IMG/VR virus record: IMGVR_UViG_3300025086_000129
Location: 1 to 32,396 of that record
Reading direction: 5' to 3' (one strand)
Source of the DNA: a virus
Lineage: Duplodnaviria; Caudoviricetes
Length of the DNA: 32,396 nt
The translations under genes were made by a program, and so were the position numbers. How positions within the stretch are numbered: position 1 is the first letter of the stretch; the number at the start of each line of letters is the position of its first letter. This document shows, in pieces, positions 26,656-32,396 of the stretch. The notes below the pieces were generated by a model. It was given only the letters and a program-made list of their open reading frames with translations, was not told the origin of the DNA and searched no databases.

Positions 26656-27825
26656 TTAATTACTTTTTTTTATACTTCTAATCTTTAAACCTCGACCTGA
26701 ATCTTGATTTAATGATCTTACTTTGAAGCCAGATTTTGTAGTAACTTGTGGGGTAGTCCTTACATCCATATTTATATTTTTTGTTTTTTTGGATATATTT
26801 TCTACCGCATCCGCTTTGCCTTGCTCATAAAAGAACTTAGCATACTTGTCTGGATTCATTGCCATAGATAAAGCCCTATGATACTGAGAAGTGTTTTTAA
26901 CCAATCCTTTATCGTCAACATATCTTCCAATAAAATTTTCAATACTAGATTGATTAGATTTAACATCTTCTACAGACCCAGGTAAATAAGAAATTTTCTT
27001 CTCGTTAATAACAAACTCAAAACCTTTGAAATCTTTATTAAAGACTTTATTAGTTTCTTTTTTAAACCACTGTAGCTTCTGCGCTGCATCTTTCTCATAA
27101 GCAGCATTTTCCTCTATGTACTTTCTATATGCTTCGACTTCCTTTTTATTGCTTTCAGAAACAGCTTCTCTTGACTCAAGAGGAAGTTTGTATTTTTCTT
27201 TCTGCTCCTTAAAGTATTTCTTAGCTTTAGATAGTTCTCTTTTTTTTGCTAATTGTTTTTTCTTTTTTTCTTTGTCATCATCTAAGTCTTCATCGAAACC
27301 AAATTTGTCATCCATTAGATACTTAATATCTTCTGAGTCTAATCCTTCTTCGGTTGCAGAATAATAACTAGCAATTAAAGAATCAGGATTCATTGAATCA
27401 TAATCTTGCTGTAACCTAACAAAATCATCAATCCCTCTTCCTGTTTCTTTTTTATAATCAAAGTAAGCTTTGACATCCTCTGGTAATTCTTCAGATGCAT
27501 TTCGCTTTACTATGAAGTCGTCTAGCGAATTTACTTCTTCGCCATACTTGTTTTCAATATATGAAAGAACGTCACTTTCAGACATTTCCGCCGTAGATTC
27601 ACTAGGTAATTCTACAACAGGTTCTTCAATTTTTTCTTCAACTACCTCTTCTTGCTTGGGTTCTTCTTGTGATTCTTCCTGCAAGTTTACACGTTGAACT
27701 TCTTCGCTTGGACTTGTTTTCTCGAGGGATTCTTGCTGAGCCTCATGCTTCTCAAGTAGTTGTTTTTCTATTTCCTGTGTTGATTTAGATTCCATTTCAC
27801 CTAAATCTCTTACTTTTATTTCCAT
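26656..27825 (-). CDS. Capsid scaffolding protein (putative)
   Basis: Very Glu-rich low-complexity N-terminus, Lys-rich coiled coil and FFYEQGKADAV motif. Located between portal and MCP. Confidence 0.7.
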   Translation of the reverse strand: MEIKVRDLGEMESKSTQEIEKQLLEKHEAQQESLEKTSPSEEVQRVNLQEESQEEPKQEEVVEEKIEEPVVELPSESTAEMSESDVLSYIENKYGEEVNSLDDFIVKRNASEELPEDVKAYFDYKKETGRGIDDFVRLQQDYDSMNPDSLIASYYSATEEGLDSEDIKYLMDDKFGFDEDLDDDKEKKKKQLAKKRELSKAKKYFKEQKEKYKLPLESREAVSESNKKEVEAYRKYIEENAAYEKDAAQKLQWFKKETNKVFNKDFKGFEFVINEKKISYLPGSVEDVKSNQSSIENFIGRYVDDKGLVKNTSQYHRALSMAMNPDKYAKFFYEQGKADAVENISKKTKNINMDVRTTPQVTTKSGFKVRSLNQDSGRGLKIRSIKKSN

Positions 27826-27840
27826 TTGATTTAATTTTTA

Positions 27841-27848
27841 CAAAGTTA
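27841..27848 (-). promoter_or_regulatory. Bacteroidota-type -7 promoter element TAACTTTG
   Basis: TAnnTTTG match in the 33-nt gap, 15 nt upstream of the scaffold ATG. It would drive scaffold plus MCP. Confidence 0.65.
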
Positions 27849-27858
27849 AACAATAATT

Positions 27859-28404
27859 CTAAATATATTTAAGATGTTTTATATGAGTATAAAGGTCTGC
27901 ACCTAATTTTTCCCCTACTGTTTTATCAGATTCATAATGCACCCTTGCAACTATCCTACTATTGGATATGTTTTCAGCAGCTTTATCAAATTCTTTTTTT
28001 AAATGAGGGTATATATCTGTCAATGCCAATGCCACTAATTTTGATTGCGCTGAATGACCTGATGGGAATGATGGCGTTTGTGCGCTTTTCATCTTTAAAT
28101 AATCTAAGTCAATCTTAAATTTTTTTGCATTTACATTTGGCCTTAACCTATTGTGATAATTTTTTATTTTTTTAATTACAGGCTCAGACTCGTCTATCAA
28201 TTTTTCTACAACTTTGTAAGGAAAGGATTCTATTCGATGTGAAAAAATATTCTGAAACACATTATTTATATCATCATATTTAAATGGCAAAACTTTATTT
28301 AATGGCATTAGTTTTAGTTTTTTTATTTCACCCAGTGTCCGTAAGGAGTTGTCTTTAGGAAAAGAAATCTGTTTGTATTTTTCAATATTAAAATTATCAA
28401 ACAT
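27859..28404 (-). CDS. Soluble PAP2-superfamily phosphatase (acid phosphatase / vanadium haloperoxidase-like)
   Basis: All three signature motifs are intact: K-x6-RP (KNYHNRLRP), PSGH and SR-x5-H-x3-D (SRIVARVHYESD). No signal peptide or clear TM helices. Confidence 0.88.
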   Translation of the reverse strand: MFDNFNIEKYKQISFPKDNSLRTLGEIKKLKLMPLNKVLPFKYDDINNVFQNIFSHRIESFPYKVVEKLIDESEPVIKKIKNYHNRLRPNVNAKKFKIDLDYLKMKSAQTPSFPSGHSAQSKLVALALTDIYPHLKKEFDKAAENISNSRIVARVHYESDKTVGEKLGADLYTHIKHLKYI

Positions 28405-30839
28405 TATCTGGGCTCAAATTCTGCTAAGTCAAATCCATCTAGCGTATCCTCATTTGATTCAAAACTAATTGGTGGTAAATTATTTTTTCTTTGCTGAATT
28501 AATTGTGACTGTTCAGTGTTGGCTTGACTAATTCTTTTGTTTTTAGCTTTCTCTCTTTCTTTTTCTCTTTTATCGACAGCTTGCTCTTCTCTTCCTTTTA
28601 GTTGCATATTAAAGTCAAACTCCACTTGCATCAACTCACGTTTCAACATTGCTTCGTTTTTCAACTTCTCTATATCAAATGCCACCTCAGCCTGTTTTGC
28701 TTGCATTTGAACCTGACCTTCCATTTGAATCCTTCTCATTTCTTGCTCCGCCTGCATTTGTTGTACTTGCATTTTTGTTTGAGCGTCCATTTGTTTTTGA
28801 GTCATCGCAAATTGCTGATCCTTCTCTTGCTTCTTTTGTCTCTTTACTTTTAGTAACTGATTGGCTAGCTTTATGTTTTTTAATTCCCTTATGTCAATAG
28901 CGTCTTCTAAATTAATGTCATTTTTAGATAAAGCCATTTGAATGTTTTGCTCCAACTGAGCTTTCTCTTCCTCGTCAGGAGCAACTTCTATAAAAATACC
29001 GAAGTCATATATATATAAATCATTTATTTCTTCAAGTATTCCTACGTTGTATTTACCTATCTGCATTTTAAATTCTTCCTTGAATTCTGCGTACTGTAAA
29101 ATATCTGCAACTCTTATGGATAAAGCTTCTGCAAGCGTTTGTGTTATATATAGGCTACCCTGGAGTATATGTCTTGTAGCCGTATTTGAATTTAACGCAG
29201 CTAATTTTTGAACACCAACTAGCGCATATGGATCTGGTTTTGTTCCGTCTCTAGCTTCATTCAAGCCAGTTACGCCTCTTAGCATATCCATGTAGTGATT
29301 ATAAGTTCCAACCAGGCTATTTATTTTCCCCTGGCCACTGCTTGATGTTAGTTGTTGTATTGGTACCCTGGCGTTATTAAACTCTCCATCCTGAGTGTAA
29401 CTTCTACCAATTACAGAACCTGTTTGAAAGTATAGCCTCAAAGCATCTTGTGGGTTGTACGCGTTACCTGTGCCAAGATCAACTTCATTTAATCCATCCG
29501 CATCAATAAACACTCCATCAGGTACGGTTCTAGCGATTACTTGTTGAAGCTTTAAGTGCGTCATTTGTATTAAATCTGCAAACGTAATCATACGTCTTAC
29601 TAATGATTCAATAACACCTTTATACATTCTTGGTGCGCAAGCAACATAATTAGGCATAGCGTGCTGTGAAGCTGACTGAGGTCTAACCATGTTTTCCATT
29701 TTCTTCCACTGCAGGATAATATTTGTTCCCATTACCATCACCCCTTCATACCATACATCTATTTTCTTTTCGACTTTTTCAAAGTTTCCCTCCTCCATCA
29801 TTTCTTCTGGCGGATTAAATTGATCATCTTTTTCTATTACCCTTGCACCACCACCGTCTAATTTTTTCTTTTTATATACTATTGAGTTTGTAGTTTTGTA
29901 GTTAAAATAAAGCAACGTAGCCGTGTCTCTATAAAACATACTGTTTTCATAAAACTGAGCAACATTATAATAATCGTACCATGCTTGGCTATATTTAGCA
30001 ACCTCTTCTAATTCTTCATTAGTTATAGTGGGGTCTATTTTAGGTAGCTCTGTCATAGGTACTGTTTTTATTTCACCCCAATAAAAACAATCTTTAAAAT
30101 AAGGATCTTCAGTATAACTGTAAACTACATTAGCGGGGTCTACATAATCTATCTTTACACCCTCACCTGGCAAAAAATATTGTTTTGTTATTCCAATACC
30201 TAACACAGTCATATCATAGTCTACCCTTCTTCTAATATGAGAGTAATGATTTTCCTCAAACAAAGTATTGATGGCTTCTTCTTCTGCGATTTCAATACCG
30301 GGTTTGTAGTTAAGCTGCATATATAAAGCCAGCTCTTCATCATTATTTGGTAGCTCATCTGGATCCGTGGCAAATGGGTTTACGCCAAATCCTTTTTGTA
30401 TTTGAGATAGTATTGGTTTTGCAACCATGTCTGACTCTATCATGTCTTGGAATGAAGATCTTTTTTCTGCCGACAAAGCATCTTGCGCATACGCCTGTAC
30501 TTTAAATAATCTATCTGACATTCCATTGACAACTATGTCTACAAATTTTGGAATAATAGGCACAGGAGTCCAGTCTAAGTTTAAGTAACTTAAATCTCCA
30601 TCAATTGCTAATTCATTTTTATATTTCTGAACTGACTGTTCGCCTCTAGCATAAAGCCTTAGCCTATGGTAGTCTCTCCATTGAGAATAAAATCTACAAG
30701 TGCTACTATCTTTACGAAACCATTCGTACTGAATTGCTTGTCCAATTTGCAATCCATACTCTACGGTATCTTTTTCACTATCAGAAACAAATAAATCCGG
30801 AAACCCTACTGGGTTTATATCAATTTTAACATCTACCAT
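28404..30839 (-). CDS. Portal protein
   Basis: 811 aa immediately after TerL. Motifs LRLYARGEQS, SYLNLDWTPVPIIPKFVDIVVNG and VTGLNEARDG, with a Gln/Met-rich C-terminal coiled coil typical of podophage portal barrels. Confidence 0.88.
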   Translation of the reverse strand: MVDVKIDINPVGFPDLFVSDSEKDTVEYGLQIGQAIQYEWFRKDSSTCRFYSQWRDYHRLRLYARGEQSVQKYKNELAIDGDLSYLNLDWTPVPIIPKFVDIVVNGMSDRLFKVQAYAQDALSAEKRSSFQDMIESDMVAKPILSQIQKGFGVNPFATDPDELPNNDEELALYMQLNYKPGIEIAEEEAINTLFEENHYSHIRRRVDYDMTVLGIGITKQYFLPGEGVKIDYVDPANVVYSYTEDPYFKDCFYWGEIKTVPMTELPKIDPTITNEELEEVAKYSQAWYDYYNVAQFYENSMFYRDTATLLYFNYKTTNSIVYKKKKLDGGGARVIEKDDQFNPPEEMMEEGNFEKVEKKIDVWYEGVMVMGTNIILQWKKMENMVRPQSASQHAMPNYVACAPRMYKGVIESLVRRMITFADLIQMTHLKLQQVIARTVPDGVFIDADGLNEVDLGTGNAYNPQDALRLYFQTGSVIGRSYTQDGEFNNARVPIQQLTSSSGQGKINSLVGTYNHYMDMLRGVTGLNEARDGTKPDPYALVGVQKLAALNSNTATRHILQGSLYITQTLAEALSIRVADILQYAEFKEEFKMQIGKYNVGILEEINDLYIYDFGIFIEVAPDEEEKAQLEQNIQMALSKNDINLEDAIDIRELKNIKLANQLLKVKRQKKQEKDQQFAMTQKQMDAQTKMQVQQMQAEQEMRRIQMEGQVQMQAKQAEVAFDIEKLKNEAMLKRELMQVEFDFNMQLKGREEQAVDKREKEREKAKNKRISQANTEQSQLIQQRKNNLPPISFESNEDTLDGFDLAEFEPR

Positions 30840-32395
30840 TAATTGCGTATTTCGCTATATAATCCTTTATTATTATACCTTGCAAAGTTAATCTTTATTT
30901 TTGACTCTTTTTTTTGTGGTGTATATAAGTGCTTTTGATTAGCCATGATAGCTAAGCCGGAACTAATAGTGGCATCAAACTTAGTTCTATTATTGATGTT
31001 AAATCTTGCCCAGTCTTCCAGGGTTCTATTAAAATACATAGATCCCATGTCTAATTTATCTCTAAAAGCTCCCTCCATATCTACGCCTACATATTTTTCT
31101 ATATAACTTTCAATAGCACTTGCATGCGATTGTTTTACTTCTTCAGAAGAATTAGGAATTCCGCCTATTTCTTTTTCAGACTTGGATAGTTTGTTGTAAA
31201 TTTTATCCGGTCTGTTCAAGCAATATTTTCTATAACCTCTATTTTTAAAATGATACAACAATCTAGGTTTATTATTTTCAATTAATATTGGCATTCCATA
31301 AAACACACAGGCCATCAATACATCTTCAAAAAACAGCTCTGCTGTTTGTGGTCTTGCCACATATTCTAAAAAAAATTCATTACTAGGAGCGTTGTCCATG
31401 TTAAATTTTGTTAAACCATGAAGTGCCCCGTTAGAGCCACCACCACCAACAGTTCCTGATATGTCATATGAGTCACACCCAAAGCTACCTAAATGTTCGT
31501 TCCCAGGCAAATATTTACCATTCTGATTTACCCTGCAATTTTGTAAGTTTTTTTCTGGTAGCCATGAAATTAAAAACCTACCTCTATTGTCTGGAGACCA
31601 AATCACTTTAGAATCTTTGATGCCATCTTTCCAGCTAAACCTGCCTCTTGTTAGATAGTGTTCTTTAATTAAAGAATCATTGTAATCAATCTGTTGATAT
31701 ATTTTAGTTAAATTAAACAATGACTGTTTACTTTCGTCTCTAAAGGCGTGTGAGTCTGTTCTAGGAAACTGCCTGTAAAATTCATTTAAAACGTCGGCAT
31801 CTTTCTTTAAAGAATCTACTTCGTTTTCCCAGTAATTTATTGCGCCTTGATATATCATCTCACCGTCAGAGCCCTCAACTTCTTTAGCGGGTGTGTGAAA
31901 AACAGGCATGCCATACTTATCTATATAACCTTCAAAATTCCATTCCATAGGTATAAATAAATTATACAACCCGCTTTTAGTTTGACCGTTTTGATTTCTG
32001 TTTTTTACATCAGAATCATAAAATAACTTTTTAAAATTTTCACCCCCTTTATCTAAAGCATTTGAGGTAGATCCCATCATACATTTTCCAATCACCCTAC
32101 TACCTAATCGCAAACAAGTCTTTGTAACATTCCAGTTATTTATAATGTTATCTGGCTTTAGCCATTTTCCAGATTCATCATGAATTAATAGTTTTAGTTT
32201 TTCTCCATCATAACTATTGTCCGCTGTGTTCTTCCAGTCTATAGTTGTATCTAATCCCTCCAGTTCTTCTTCTTCGGTTTCGAACATATTCTTTTTTGTT
32301 ATCTTAGAAGCTGGCACTCTGTAAGCCAATTCTGTTTTTGGCCTATCCATACCGTCTTGTATAGGCTTGAAAAAAAAGGGATAATTATTAGAAAT
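30839..32395 (-). CDS. terL: Terminase large subunit (5' end outside the window)
   Basis: The frame is open to the window edge (ISNNYPFFFKPIQDG precedes MDRPK). Walker B LLIHDESGKW, coupling motif MGSTSN, RNase H-like GCDSYD, ILIENN and FDATISSGLA. Confidence 0.9.
   Translation of the reverse strand: MSNNYPFFFKPIQDGMDRPKTELAYRVPASKITKKNMFETEEEELEGLDTTIDWKNTADNSYDGEKLKLLIHDESGKWLKPDNIINNWNVTKTCLRLGSRVIGKCMMGSTSNALDKGGENFKKLFYDSDVKNRNQNGQTKSGLYNLFIPMEWNFEGYIDKYGMPVFHTPAKEVEGSDGEMIYQGAINYWENEVDSLKKDADVLNEFYRQFPRTDSHAFRDESKQSLFNLTKIYQQIDYNDSLIKEHYLTRGRFSWKDGIKDSKVIWSPDNRGRFLISWLPEKNLQNCRVNQNGKYLPGNEHLGSFGCDSYDISGTVGGGGSNGALHGLTKFNMDNAPSNEFFLEYVARPQTAELFFEDVLMACVFYGMPILIENNKPRLLYHFKNRGYRKYCLNRPDKIYNKLSKSEKEIGGIPNSSEEVKQSHASAIESYIEKYVGVDMEGAFRDKLDMGSMYFNRTLEDWARFNINNRTKFDATISSGLAIMANQKHLYTPQKKESKIKINFARYNNKGLYSEIRN
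30883..30890 (-). promoter_or_regulatory. Possible Bacteroidota-type -7 promoter element TAACTTTG
   Basis: TAnnTTTG match inside the terL 3' end, 43 nt upstream of the portal ATG. It is within coding sequence, so a chance match is more plausible. Confidence 0.45.
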
Positions 32396-32396
32396 A

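Larger units (their letters stand above)
1..32396. mobile_element. Bacteriophage genome segment (podovirus-like, crAss-like structural module, probable Bacteroidota host)
   Basis: TerL-portal-scaffold-MCP-ring-muzzle-ejection synteny on the - strand and a phage-type replication module on the + strand. No bacterial housekeeping genes. Very short or overlapping intergenic spacers. Confidence 0.95.

Noticed and set aside
9555-28900. Numerous + strand ORFs of 60-130 aa opposite the structural genes
   Set aside because: Antisense shadows with Phe/Ser/Leu-rich composition expected from the reverse complement of Lys/Glu-rich genes.
1-32396. Alternative genetic code, introns/inteins, DGR, tRNAs or integrase, as found in some crAss-like phages
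   Set aside because: ORFs are long and tile the window under the standard code. I saw no reverse transcriptase, homing endonuclease, intein termini, tRNA cloverleaf or recombinase motif by eye; tRNAscan and HMM searches would be needed to exclude them formally.

Overview
This window is a 32.4-kb, AT-rich, densely coding segment of a tailed dsDNA bacteriophage, open at both ends, with two converging gene blocks. The + strand block (1-7470) is a compact replication/recombination module: PD-(D/E)XK exonuclease, small SSB-like protein, VirE-N/primase-SF3 helicase fusion, SNF2-type helicase, VRR-NUC nuclease, small ORFs and a calcineurin-like metallophosphoesterase. The - strand block (7451-32396) is a virion module whose order resembles the crAss-like (Crassvirales-related) podophage block: TerL (truncated), portal, an inserted soluble PAP2-family phosphatase, scaffold, major capsid protein, a post-MCP protein, two ring/tail-tubular proteins, a stabilization/muzzle protein apparently split over two genes, and three putative ejection proteins ending in a 2235-aa LPD38-type protein. 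Four TAnnTTTG boxes ahead of structural genes and A-rich, Shine-Dalgarno-poor starts point to a Bacteroidota host (Flavobacteriia is my guess). I see no DNA polymerase, virion RNA polymerase motif, integrase, lysis gene, tRNA or CRISPR array. The best leads are the split and decorated muzzle gene, the portal-coupled PAP2 enzyme, a structured leader before the primase-helicase, a small-protein/phosphoesterase pair, and the crAss-like virion without an evident RNAP. All calls come from reading motifs and synteny by eye; no database searches were run.
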